Assembly (NCBI GenBank): GCA_963663765.2
Contig: CAXXUA010000005.1
Coordinates: 768,001-832,000 of the forward strand
Direction of reading: 5' to 3'
Length of the DNA stretch: 64,000 nt
Source of the DNA: Candidatus Poribacteria bacterium
Lineage (GTDB): Bacteria; Poribacteria; WGA-4E; WGA-3G
This document shows positions 40,315 to 50,628 of the stretch, one piece after another. The notes under the pieces are model-generated. The model saw nothing but the letters and a program-made list of their open reading frames with translations, did not search any database and was not told the DNA's origin. A program made the position numbers and the translations under genes. Numbering within the stretch: position 1 is the first letter of the stretch; every line of letters begins with the position of its first letter.

Positions 40315-41787
40315 TTACATTCTGCTATGTCCTTCCGCTTCAAACTTCTCTAACAGTGTTGTCAACCGTTCCACAATTTCTGGACAACTGTCCCAGTGAT
40401 TGTCTGTTTCATAAGGATCGTCGTAAATATGATATAGTTGCCCAGGAGAGTCCGGTTTGGGACCGCCGTCACTGGGTGGAGGCCATCCACCTGATCCTTG
40501 AGTGCCTATAATCAGTTTCCACTCTTCGTGCCGTATAGAAAAGACACCGTTGCTGGAATGGTGTACGATCGCTTCACGTAAAGGATGTTCTGTTTCTTCA
40601 CCTAACAAAGCAGGTAAGATGTTGCAACTATCTTCTCCTGCGTTGTCTGGTACTTGCTTTCCAACAATCGCAGCAGATGTTTCCATCAAATCGGTTAAGC
40701 ACACCAACTCATCCGATGTTGTATTCGGTTGAATTACACCGTTCCATCTTGCAATGAAAGGTTCACGATGTCCACCTTCCCAGATATGTGCCTTATATCC
40801 ACGCCAGTCGCCACAAGATTTGTGATCGTATAGGTTATATGGCATTGGACCTTTTCCACCGCGAACTCGGTCACCAGGTAGGGCTCCGTTATCACTGGTA
40901 ACAAAGATCAATGTATCATCCGTTTTCCCCGTGCGGTCTAAAGCATCCATCACCTCACCGACCATCCAATCAACTAACCAGACGAGATCACCTCTGGGAC
41001 CCGCATCGCTTTTTCCACGTGCAAATTCTGGTACGACCTCTTCCACACACGGTTCATGCGGAGCTGAAGGTGTCATATACAGAAAGAACGGATCATCCGA
41101 ATCTGCTTGTGTTTCAATGTATTCAACAGCCTTCTGTGCGATCATTGGGTCTGCATCCTTATGTTGCCAACTTGGTGCGGTCATTCCACGTCGTCCGGTA
41201 AAGTCTGGCACCCCACGGTATTCACTTGGAATTTCAACAAAAGCGTCATTTTCAATAAAGCCATACGGGGGTTGGCATGTCGGGCAGCCTGCTGTTCCGT
41301 AGAAATAGTCAAACCCAATATCGTTTGGTCCGCCTGTTATTGGTGCGTGAAAATCAATATGTTCTTCTAACTCGCGTTTCGCATTGCCCCATGGCAGCGG
41401 TGCATCAAAATCGTAATCGTAGTCCGGCACCGTCGAAAACCCCATCCCTAAGTGCCATTTACCGACACAGGCAGTATTGTATCCCGCATCTTTCAACATA
41501 CTGGCAACTGTCAAACGTTCAGGCTCAATCAAAGCGGGTTCATACCCATATAGCACACCTCGCTTAAGACGACTCCGCCAGCAATATCTGCCTGTTAGGA
41601 CACCGTATCGGGTGGGTGTGCAAACAGCAGATGGAGAATGCGCATCAGTAAAGCGAATTCCTTCCTGTGCAAGTTGATCCATATTTGGGGTAGGAATTTT
41701 TGAATCTGGGTTATAACAACCGACATCCCCGTACCCCATGTCATCAGCCATAATGAAAATAATATTTGGTTGTTTTTGAAAATCCAT
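40315..41787 (-). CDS. Arylsulfatase family protein
   Basis: ADDMGYGD, CTPTR FGly motif, GKWHLG, SDNG. Confidence 0.96.
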   Translation of the reverse strand: MDFQKQPNIIFIMADDMGYGDVGCYNPDSKIPTPNMDQLAQEGIRFTDAHSPSAVCTPTRYGVLTGRYCWRSRLKRGVLYGYEPALIEPERLTVASMLKDAGYNTACVGKWHLGMGFSTVPDYDYDFDAPLPWGNAKRELEEHIDFHAPITGGPNDIGFDYFYGTAGCPTCQPPYGFIENDAFVEIPSEYRGVPDFTGRRGMTAPSWQHKDADPMIAQKAVEYIETQADSDDPFFLYMTPSAPHEPCVEEVVPEFARGKSDAGPRGDLVWLVDWMVGEVMDALDRTGKTDDTLIFVTSDNGALPGDRVRGGKGPMPYNLYDHKSCGDWRGYKAHIWEGGHREPFIARWNGVIQPNTTSDELVCLTDLMETSAAIVGKQVPDNAGEDSCNILPALLGEETEHPLREAIVHHSSNGVFSIRHEEWKLIIGTQGSGGWPPPSDGGPKPDSPGQLYHIYDDPYETDNHWDSCPEIVERLTTLLEKFEAEGHSRM

Positions 41788-41821
41788 ATTACTCCAATAG
41801 AGAACAGTAGGTATAACGCAT

Positions 41822-43042
41822 CTACTGTAATTTCTTCTTTAATTCCGCGAGTTCTTTGTCAATTGATGCTTCTTCAGCATACCCCGCAAACTCACGTTCT
41901 AATTTCGTATCTTGATATACGACATCTACTTCAGCTGCGGCTTTCGCCAAAGTAGCCGACTCGGACGCGTCCTGCTCTATCTTTACCAGCGTTCCAAACG
42001 CTTTAGTGTCTTGTAATTCATTGAGCATCTCACGGAGATGGTTTTCGGCATCAATGTTTCTGTGTTGTGCGACGACTGCTGTCTTTTTCCCTTCAGCTTC
42101 CATCATCTTCTGTTGAAGATGTTCAAAAAGGTCGCTGAGTGCTTGAACAACCTCTTTCTGTTCATCCCATTGTGCATTGTATTGATTGGCAAGTTGGCGG
42201 TATTCGTTGCGCTGGGTAAGGTCTTCCCGTGCCAAATCTTCACGTCCAGCTTTGATTGCAATAGTTGCCCGTTCTTCACACCGTTTGGCTTGAGCGAGAG
42301 CACCTTCATAAGCGTCCTGAAATTGTTTTTCAACGCCGATGGAAGCGTCAACCTTCTCGCGTGCTTCTGAAAGTCTATTTGTCATCTCAGCGATGGTGTT
42401 CTCTAAAACCATTTCCGGGTCTTTGGTCTCAGTCTCAATCTGTTCCAATTCTGGCTCATATTTCACAACAACTGTCTCTGCTAACTTATCCCCCATCCGC
42501 TGCCGTCTTTTTCCGAATGTCCAGAAGAAATCCAACGGCTGCAAGATTGATGTGAGTCGGCGAATGAATGAGTCCTTGAGAGTGGCAGGTTTGCCATCTT
42601 TCAATCGAAGTACTTGTAATGATAGCAACTTTTTACCAATCCCTTGTCCATTTTTGAAACCGTCCATGAAAAATAGACCGGCTGCCCACAAGGCAATCCC
42701 TCTCCAAGTTAGGACCTGGAAATCGTCACCTATCCACAATCCAAAAAGAAAAACTATAAACAGTTGTGCGGCAACCAGTACTATTATTGGATGTTTGGTT
42801 TTCGGTCCGAATATCCACAGTAATGCGCTGAACAATCCAATCAGAATAGTAGAAAAACCCACTGCTATCAAGAGAAAGAACGCAATCAATAGGATACTCG
42901 CGAGGAACATTCCATCTATGAAAAACGCAGACAACCGCGCCCTTCGGGAGCCTAATGTAAATTCTTTGCCTGCAATTTTAATAGTCTTCACTTTCAACCC
43001 TATAAATTCTTTTGTGTTTGTGCTATAGATGTTCTGATGCAC
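41822..43042 (-). CDS. RDD-PspA/IM30 fusion protein
   Basis: RLSAFFID..GKKLLSL..QRMGDKLAETVVV, then DPEMVLE...GREDLARE...IDKELAELKKKL. Confidence 0.85.
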   Translation of the reverse strand: MHQNIYSTNTKEFIGLKVKTIKIAGKEFTLGSRRARLSAFFIDGMFLASILLIAFFLLIAVGFSTILIGLFSALLWIFGPKTKHPIIVLVAAQLFIVFLFGLWIGDDFQVLTWRGIALWAAGLFFMDGFKNGQGIGKKLLSLQVLRLKDGKPATLKDSFIRRLTSILQPLDFFWTFGKRRQRMGDKLAETVVVKYEPELEQIETETKDPEMVLENTIAEMTNRLSEAREKVDASIGVEKQFQDAYEGALAQAKRCEERATIAIKAGREDLAREDLTQRNEYRQLANQYNAQWDEQKEVVQALSDLFEHLQQKMMEAEGKKTAVVAQHRNIDAENHLREMLNELQDTKAFGTLVKIEQDASESATLAKAAAEVDVVYQDTKLEREFAGYAEEASIDKELAELKKKLQ

Positions 43043-43091
43043 ATTTATTTCTGTAGTTTACCTTTAATTCTGCTAACAGCGTATCTCATAT

Positions 43092-44210
43092 CTATTGTAG
43101 TTTTGCTTTTAGTTCTGTGAGTTCTCTGTCAATTGATTCGTCATCTGCATACTTCTCAAATTCGCGTTGTAAGTTTATGTCCTTGAATTCAATATCTACT
43201 TCGGATGCAGCCTTTGCTAAGGCAGCAGCCTCAGTTACGTTTTGCCCCATTTTCTTGAGTATTTCAAAAGCTTTATTATCACGGAGTTCTGTCAATGTTT
43301 GTTGTAGATGTTCTTGGGCATCCACATTTCTGTGTTTGGCTATTACAACGTCCCTTTCTCTCTGTGTTTGCTGTGTTTTTTGTTGTAAGGCATCAAGTAA
43401 CGTTGTGAGATGTTCTACAGTCTGTTTCTGTTCCTCCCACTGCTGTTTGTATTGGGTTGCAAGTTGTTGGTATTCATTTCGTTGTGCGAGGTCTTCCCGT
43501 GCCAAGTCTTCTCGTTCAGCTTTCAGTGCAATGAGTGCGCGTTCTTCACATTTTTTGGCTTGTGCAACAGCACCATCGTGAGCATTTTGAAACTGTTTTT
43601 CTATCCCAATAGAAGCATCTACCTTTTGCTTCGCTTCTGAAAACCGATTTGTGATTTCCAGGATAACATCTTCTAATACCTTTTCAAGGTCCTTTTCTTC
43701 GTTTTCTGCTTCACGTTCAACTTCTATATCAGACACAATTTCTACAATTGGTGAATCTAATTGTACTACAACCGTTTTCGCGAGCTTATCTCCCATTCGT
43801 TGCCTTACTTTTCCAGATAGAAATAACCAGTCAATAGGTTGAAATATACCTGAAAAACGTCGCACGAAAGCGTCCCATAAGTTTGCTGGTTTTCCATCTT
43901 TCAATCGGACAATTTGTAGAGATAAGAGCCTTTTTCCAAACCCACCCCCTTTTATGACACCGTCCATACAAAATATGCCAAAGAACCACAAGACAACAGA
44001 TAATAGAATCATAGATCTTAATGTTAGTTGATTTGCATCATAGATGTCCAGAAAGAAAAATTTTTCAAGAACCCAAATTTCCAAGTATCCTCCAAGAAAC
44101 ACAATACATTGGAGGAAAACACAGAGAACTATGTCCAGCAAAAACGCGCAGAACCGCTTCCATCGAGATGCTAATTTAAACTTTTCCCCTATGATCTTTA
44201 CAAAAGACAT
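43092..44210 (-). CDS. RDD-PspA/IM30 fusion protein (paralog)
   Basis: RFCAFLLD..GKRLLSL..QRMGDKLAKTVVV, then PspA helices ending IDRELTELKAKL. Confidence 0.85.
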   Translation of the reverse strand: MSFVKIIGEKFKLASRWKRFCAFLLDIVLCVFLQCIVFLGGYLEIWVLEKFFFLDIYDANQLTLRSMILLSVVLWFFGIFCMDGVIKGGGFGKRLLSLQIVRLKDGKPANLWDAFVRRFSGIFQPIDWLFLSGKVRQRMGDKLAKTVVVQLDSPIVEIVSDIEVEREAENEEKDLEKVLEDVILEITNRFSEAKQKVDASIGIEKQFQNAHDGAVAQAKKCEERALIALKAEREDLAREDLAQRNEYQQLATQYKQQWEEQKQTVEHLTTLLDALQQKTQQTQRERDVVIAKHRNVDAQEHLQQTLTELRDNKAFEILKKMGQNVTEAAALAKAASEVDIEFKDINLQREFEKYADDESIDRELTELKAKLQ

Positions 44211-44436
44211 TCTTACAATTCCTCTATAGCGTATCTCATAAATGCAATTTTGTCCAAATTCATCAAATCACGCGTCTGGTAAATCGGGGTTTCTAACCTC
44301 GATTGTTTGAGCCAAAACCTGCAAATCGGGGTTAGAAACACCTCCAACAACTCTAATAGTAAACGTTTCAACAATAGGTCACATCACTAAATTGACACCC
44401 GGGGAATGCTATAGAGAATTCAGACCTTTGATTAAT

Positions 44437-45100
44437 GGGTAAAACTATGCAAAATCCATAGGCGTCAATTTAAGCGACAAATCCCGCCACACATTGTAGG
44501 GCGGGGTCTCTGTGCCCCGCCATGTATTCAAAAAGGAAACAATGGGCGGGCACAGAGACCCGGGGAATGCCTAAATGGCATTCATACCGTTGATTTCTTG
44601 ATTTGGTCCCTACAATCAAGATGACAACGTTGGTTGTGCTAAACTGAACAATACCTTGAAATAAATCCCTAAATTGACGCCTATGGGTATAACTATGCAA
44701 AACCTATAGGTGTCAACTTAAGGATATTAACCTCTTGTGGGAGGGGTTTTCAACCCCGACAGAAGCCAAACGCGCTTCTGACGTTGATTTGGATTTATTA
44801 GGGCATTTCCGCTCAAATCGGGGTTAAAAACCCCTCCCACAAGAGAAAATGCAAACAATATTTTCTTAAGTTGACACCTATAGGGTATAACTATGCAAAA
44901 CCCATAGGTGTCAACTTAAGGATATTAACCTCTTGTGGGAGGGGTTTTCAACCCCGTCAGAAGCCAAACGCGCTTCTGACGTTGATTTGGATTTATTAGG
45001 GCATTTCCGCTCAAATCGGGGTTAAAAACCCCTCCCACAAGAGAAAATGCAAACAATATTTTCTTAAGTTGACACCTATGGGTATAACTATGCAAAACCC
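44437..45100. mobile_element. Three ATAGG(T/C)GTCAA-TIR MITEs separated by four 21-bp direct repeats
   Basis: Repeats at 44437, 44685, 44883, 45080; inserts 44458-44684, 44706-44881, 44904-45079. Confidence 0.85.
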
Positions 45101-45192
45101 AACCTACGAAAAGTCTTTCCTACATCAAACTATTACACATATCTCTTAATAATAGAGCCAGTAAGAATGAAAAAGATAGCCAAATTACGTGG

Positions 45193-46257
45193 TTACAATG
45201 TGGGGACTGTTACCTCCACTTCACGTCCATCAGATTCAGAGGAATCAATGACTCCCTGAATGATGACGTTAGTTAGCAGGACACCGTAAGGATCAATCGG
45301 TGAGGGTTTGCCTTCTCTAACAGCATCAATAAACGCACTATCTTCCTCGTGAAACACATTTACCGACTTAAATTCCGTGTATGTTTCATCATGGATCTCA
45401 CCGTTCTTGTCACCATAGACACGTACACCATTCTGAGGACCGCGCACTTCACCGACTCCGACGCGTAAACCTGCTTTCTTACCGAGAAAAATAGTACCAC
45501 CAAGGGAATCCATATTCATACACCAACATGTCTTGAAAACCATGCGTGCACCGTTGTCAAATACCACCCAACCGACACCGAAATCTTCTACCTCTGTTTC
45601 TCTGAGTGCGGGATTCCAATTGTTGTGTAGACTTAAGTAGTTTGAGGTAATGCCTGAGACAGCAACAGGTTTGGGGTGTTCCATCAGATAGAGTGCAGTA
45701 TCCAATGCGTAGACACCGATGTCTGCGGACGCGCCTAAACCGGCTGTCGCTTTACGTATGAAACTGCCACCAGGATTGCCGCGACGTCTGTCTGCTACAG
45801 TCTCAACGTAATAGATGTCACCCAGTGTACCAGCGTCTACAATCTCTTTCGCCTTGATGACTTGGGAGGAATAGCGAAGTTTTAATCCAATCATGAGTAT
45901 TTTGTCGTTTTCCACGGATGCACGCCACATTGCAGCTGCTGCGTCCAACGTTGCTTCCATGGGTTTTTCGCAGAAGACGTGTTTGCCCGCGTTGAGTGCA
46001 GCAACGGTTGGAGCAGAATGTACACCTGTCGGGGTGCATACGTAGACCGCTTCAATCTCATCCATTTTGAGCATTTCGTTATAATCGGTGAATGTATTTT
46101 TGATTCCCCATCTTTCTTTTGCGCGTTCTAAGTTACCCGATACCAAGTCTGCAGCTGCGATAATTTCCGCGCCTTCTATGTTAGCAAGCGTTCCGCAATG
46201 TGACTGTGCAATGCCACCTGCCCCAATTAAACCTAATTTGACTGTTCTCATAGCCAT
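45193..46257 (-). CDS. Gfo/Idh/MocA family oxidoreductase
   Basis: IGAGGIA, CTPTGVH, GKHVFCEKP. Confidence 0.95.
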   Translation of the reverse strand: MAMRTVKLGLIGAGGIAQSHCGTLANIEGAEIIAAADLVSGNLERAKERWGIKNTFTDYNEMLKMDEIEAVYVCTPTGVHSAPTVAALNAGKHVFCEKPMEATLDAAAAMWRASVENDKILMIGLKLRYSSQVIKAKEIVDAGTLGDIYYVETVADRRRGNPGGSFIRKATAGLGASADIGVYALDTALYLMEHPKPVAVSGITSNYLSLHNNWNPALRETEVEDFGVGWVVFDNGARMVFKTCWCMNMDSLGGTIFLGKKAGLRVGVGEVRGPQNGVRVYGDKNGEIHDETYTEFKSVNVFHEEDSAFIDAVREGKPSPIDPYGVLLTNVIIQGVIDSSESDGREVEVTVPTL

Positions 46258-46396
46258 CTCCTCGTTACAGATATATTTTATTGATTTTATCCTTTTTCAT
46301 TTTCATAGTCAAGTTAATTTATGGTGCGGGGTGTGTAATGTTTTGGCACAAACTGCTCATTCTCCATGGTAGGGCGGGGTCTCTGTGCCCCGCCGC

Positions 46397-47071
46397 ATAG
46401 GTGTCAACTTAGCGATTCATATTATTGTTGGAGGAAAATCTTGAAATCACGATTTTCTCACTCAAGGTAGACGTGCTTTGTAAGCGCACCCCCCCAACTG
46501 CACTCCCTCGCACTCACCCGCACTCACCTGCAGGCGTGCTTTGTAAGCGCACCAAGCACTCACCCGCACTCACCCACACTCCCCTGCAGGCGTGCTTTGT
46601 AAGCGCACCCCGAACTCACCCGCACTCAACCGCAGGCGTGCTTTGTAAGCGCACCCCTCAACTGCAGGCGTGCTTTGTAAGCGCACCCAACACTCACCCG
46701 CACTCAACTGCAGACGTGCTTTGTAAGCGCACCCCTCAACTGCAGGCGTGCTTTGTAAGCGCACCCAACACTCACCCGCACTCAACTGCAGACGTGCTTT
46801 GTAAGCGCACTCCTCAACTGCAGGCGTGCTTTGTAAGCGCGCCTGCACTCACCCGCACCCCCCAACTGCAGGCGTGCTTTGTAAGCGCACCTACCAACTG
46901 CACTCCCCTGCAGGCGTGCTTTGTAAGCGCGCCAAGCACTCACCCGCACTCCCCTGCAGGCGTGCTTTGTAAGCGCACCGTTGCCAATCCTGTGTTTATC
47001 GGCGCACTTACAAAGCACACCTACCGGGATGGGGTATTTAGCACTTGACTTTTTCTTAAGTTGACACCTAA
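46397..47071. mobile_element. ATAGGTGTCAACTT-TIR MITE containing a REP tandem array
   Basis: 21-bp imperfect TSD at 46376-46396 and 47072-47092; GCAGGCGTGCTTTGTAAGCGC repeats 46467-47023. Confidence 0.8.
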
Positions 47072-47175
47072 GGGGTCTCTGTGTCCCGTCACAACTGATT
47101 AAATAAGAGATTACGGGAACAGCACCCATAGGTGTTGTCAACATAAGGAAATATTGTTAATATCAACCATACTCT

Positions 47176-47400
47176 TCAGTCCCGACAAATGCCATACGCG
47201 CATTTGGCGTTGATTTGGTAGCGACGATATGTTTATAGAAAACGAGTTCACACGCCTTTTTAGTCCCGACAAATGCCATACGCGCATTTGGCGTTGATTT
47301 GGTAGGGACGATATGTTTATTCTTCTATGCCGTTCCTACGGAACTCAAGAGGGGTAGATAACATTTTTCTATAAACATATCGTCCCTACGGGACTAAATG
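47176..47400. repeat. Cluster of AGTCCCGTAGGGAC REPs, two carrying type-2 micro-insertions
   Basis: Insertions at 47184-47217 and 47268-47301; empty copy at 47382-47397. Confidence 0.85.
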
Positions 47401-47714
47401 GTTTTCTTGCTAAGTATTTGTTATATGTTCCCATTGACGATCTTCTACTTAAACAGATGACGACTGGGTTCTTCAGCATTGAAATTTTATTTTATGCTAA
47501 AATTAATTGCCGAAAGAACCACTAAAGACATGGACAAGATGGCAACGCATAAAATTAACGGCATAGCAAAAAATCATCAAAAATGCCTAAAACTAAATAA
47601 TCCTACCATTTCCAATAATTTGTTGATATTGAAGTTAAAGTCTGCTAAAATACTTGTGGATAGGTATTAAACCACTACATCTTACACCTGAAATAGAACT
47701 GGAGAAAAAGCAGC

Positions 47715-48323
47715 ATGACAGCAAACGCAATAACACTTTATAGACTTTTTATGACTCTTATTGTTATCATCATTTTCGGACAACATCTATACATCAATAT
47801 AGCGTGTGTTGTAACAATTGTCCTAATTTATATACTTGATGCGGTGGATGGTATCGTTGCTCGTAGGCAGGATAAGGCAACAACATTCGGTGCTGTCTTT
47901 GATATTGCAGCGGATAGAGTGATTGAAAACGTATTCTGGATATACTTTGCTGCTAACAGTTCTATTCACGTCTGGATGCCGATTGCCGTGGTGACGCGTG
48001 GGTTTCTCACAGATGGTGTCCGTGGCCTTGCACTTACAGATGGAAAAACACCTTTTGAGATGATGGCTATACCTTGGACGCGCGCATTGACAAGTTCTCG
48101 TATCTCTCGCTTTTTCTCCGGTTTTTCTAAAGCACTCGCCTTCACTTGCCTCTCAGCTATTCCTGTCGTTGAAGAGATTTTTTCCCATAACGACACTGTT
48201 ATAAGTGCCTTTAAGACTGCATCTGTTGTAATAGCAATTTTTGCTGTTGGTATCTGTTTGATCCGCGGTTTCCCTGTGCTTATTGATGGGTGGAAGTATA
48301 TTAAAGAAAGTAGTCAAAAATGA
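47715..48323 (+). CDS. CDP-alcohol phosphatidyltransferase
   Basis: DAVDGIVARR....TFGAVFDIAADR signature. Confidence 0.93.
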   Translation: MTANAITLYRLFMTLIVIIIFGQHLYINIACVVTIVLIYILDAVDGIVARRQDKATTFGAVFDIAADRVIENVFWIYFAANSSIHVWMPIAVVTRGFLTDGVRGLALTDGKTPFEMMAIPWTRALTSSRISRFFSGFSKALAFTCLSAIPVVEEIFSHNDTVISAFKTASVVIAIFAVGICLIRGFPVLIDGWKYIKESSQK

Positions 48324-49084
48324 AAAAAAGGCTTTTTACAACTGGTGAATTGATATTCGGTGGCATTGCCTGCCTATTAATCCTATTGATTGGGGCGGGT
48401 GCCTGCTATTATTGGTATAAACATAGTATTGCTCCTTACGAAAAAGAAGCAGCCCAAACAGCCAAACCTGTCAGCGAATGGGAAAAATCACAGAAAGTGA
48501 ATACCAACAACGTGACGGAAGAAGTAAATACCACACCTGCGGAAAAACATAACGCAACAACAGAGAAACCTATAACCGAAACAATAGATGTTTCCGATAA
48601 TGTATTGCAAAACGCTAACACAAAAAATGTTGAAGCTGAGAACTATGTTGAAGCAGGGACTTCACCAACAGAAACTGTAGAAGATGTACCCGTCTCTCCG
48701 CACGGATTTGGTCCCTATCCGAAAATACCAAAGGGTGCGCCAATTGCAAAATTTGACGACAGTGACGATATAGACATGGAATTATTGATTCGTGTTGCTG
48801 TCAAGGCTTGGAACGAAGGTGAAAGATTCGAAAGTGCTTTCACTGATGGGAATACAGGTAGGGTCTACCTAAATTATCCTGGAATAGTTTATGTCGAATA
48901 TTCAGAAAAGAGAGATACCGCAACTGGTGAAGTAAAATTAGTTGTTAGTAATGTTACTGGACCTGCTTCATTAAGTCAGAGTGTTATCAGTTCAGTTTTC
49001 GATGGTAACACACCTGCAGGATACACAACTATAGATATTAAAGAATCTGGGATAGACCCTTATGAGTATTTAGAATTACCTTAA
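48320..49084 (+). CDS. Lineage-specific membrane-anchored protein (SPHGFGPYP...GIDPYEYL family)
   Basis: Paralog of 18017-18772. Confidence 0.8.
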   Translation: MKKRLFTTGELIFGGIACLLILLIGAGACYYWYKHSIAPYEKEAAQTAKPVSEWEKSQKVNTNNVTEEVNTTPAEKHNATTEKPITETIDVSDNVLQNANTKNVEAENYVEAGTSPTETVEDVPVSPHGFGPYPKIPKGAPIAKFDDSDDIDMELLIRVAVKAWNEGERFESAFTDGNTGRVYLNYPGIVYVEYSEKRDTATGEVKLVVSNVTGPASLSQSVISSVFDGNTPAGYTTIDIKESGIDPYEYLELP

Positions 49085-49329
49085 TTTAACGAGTTGTGCT
49101 AAATAACTATACGTTAATCATTGTTTCACATAAGCATGGCGTTTTGCAGGTGTCCTTCATAGTTTGAAACTATCTTTAGTCCCGTAGGGACGATATGTTT
49201 ATAGAAAAACGTCATAGTACATCCTCTTTAGTCCCGACAAATGCCATACGCGCATTTGGCGTTGATTTGGTAGGGACGATATGTGTGCATTATAAACCTA
49301 ATATATGTAAAAACTTTGAAAACAATGGG

Positions 49330-50601
49330 TTAACTGGCACAAGTCGTTAATTTACCTTCTGACGTATCAACAAGTGAATTTAGAATGGGCAGCAACGAAT
49401 TCATTGTTGGCACATCGCGGAAGGTAAAGCCGAATTGTGAGAAATAGTCTGACTCCGACAACGCATCCGCGATAATCTGTTGCTTCTCCAACTCCTTTGA
49501 TACACCGAGAATAAGGGGTGTGTCGGTATGTTCCGCAAGTGTATTGAGACGGGCAAGTAGATGTCCTTGGTGCCACGGATGGAACAGCTCAATTGCGATT
49601 TTCACACCACTGCTATGGATCAGTTGATAATCTGGGAAGCAGTAGAAATCACCGGGTAAAGGTAGAAACTGACTTCCAGGGTGTATCTGCCATGTATCGG
49701 TTTTGTTGCGGAGCATCTCTTGAAAGAGATGAATGTCTTCAGGAATGTAGGCGAGGAATTGTTGCGATATGGGTTTGATACCGCACGAATCATCAAGAAT
49801 CAACCGACAACTCTGTTTATTGCGAAACTGAATTTCCGCGGTGAGTTCCCATTTCGGTTGATGTAGTATAGCGACAAAAAAATTGGCTAAGTTCATGCCA
49901 TATCGTTTGGTTTTGTAAAAGAGGTTTAGCGGTCCGTCTACAGTAATGTGGAATAGATCCTCGTTTGTGGTTTTCTCCTTCCGAATAGTGGAGAGGAGTT
50001 GGTTAAATCTAAGATACTTGAACAACTGCCGGAGTTCTGCTGTCATGGATTCAGTGAGAACTAATGTGAGTGTGTTGCAATGTAGGAGCAATCCTTGCAC
50101 CTGCGCAGTGTTGTAGCGGTGGAGTAGATGTTCGGCAGATATTCTTCTGAAAGACAGCACGGGTTGGCAATTCGGCAGATCCGCATAGAGTTTATCACCC
50201 AACCCGTTCCCCTCTAATACCCCTTCGTTTCCAACAATCTGCGAAACTTTCTGCTGATAGTCGGCATAATCCTGAAACCTTTCTTGTGAAAGCATGCGGC
50301 TTGTTTCTGTAAACAGTTTATGCCGAAATGCAATAAGTTCTTCATTAGGAGCAGTGTCAAACTCAGTGCGGTCTAATAGCAGTTTTTCAAAGCCACGTTT
50401 GATGATAAGTTGCCCTGATGTCGTATCAATGACATGTTTACTCGCTTCTAATATCGTTGCCCTCGGCTTGTCCTGTGATTCTTCAAACACGGATATTAGC
50501 TGGTCAGCAATTGCCAGTAATTTGCTGTCTGTAGGATCAACAAATTGGGGAAAAATCTTCCCTTTTTGAATTCTGTAGCGGAGTAGGTCTTTGGTAAGCA
50601 T
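49330..50601 (-). CDS. DUF790 (Bax1-like) endonuclease
   Basis: MLTKDLLR, LYADL, RYNTAQVQGLL, DGPLNLF..TKRYG, FPDY...IELF. Confidence 0.88.
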   Translation of the reverse strand: MLTKDLLRYRIQKGKIFPQFVDPTDSKLLAIADQLISVFEESQDKPRATILEASKHVIDTTSGQLIIKRGFEKLLLDRTEFDTAPNEELIAFRHKLFTETSRMLSQERFQDYADYQQKVSQIVGNEGVLEGNGLGDKLYADLPNCQPVLSFRRISAEHLLHRYNTAQVQGLLLHCNTLTLVLTESMTAELRQLFKYLRFNQLLSTIRKEKTTNEDLFHITVDGPLNLFYKTKRYGMNLANFFVAILHQPKWELTAEIQFRNKQSCRLILDDSCGIKPISQQFLAYIPEDIHLFQEMLRNKTDTWQIHPGSQFLPLPGDFYCFPDYQLIHSSGVKIAIELFHPWHQGHLLARLNTLAEHTDTPLILGVSKELEKQQIIADALSESDYFSQFGFTFRDVPTMNSLLPILNSLVDTSEGKLTTCAS

Positions 50602-50628
50602 AACGGTTTGATAGCACAGAGGATGTGC

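Noticed and set aside
42339-43028. Long antisense ORFs (also 6701-7396, 13739-14350, 43117-43581)
   Set aside because: Shadows of well-supported genes on the opposite strand
44437-45100. True CRISPR array
   Set aside because: Inserts are 176-227 bp and bounded by TIRs, so the repeats are better read as target-site duplications
46425-47144. 207-aa and overlapping repeat ORFs (also 1721-2189, 36682-36985, 54190-54493)
   Set aside because: Translations of REP arrays, open on several frames, with no recognisable domain
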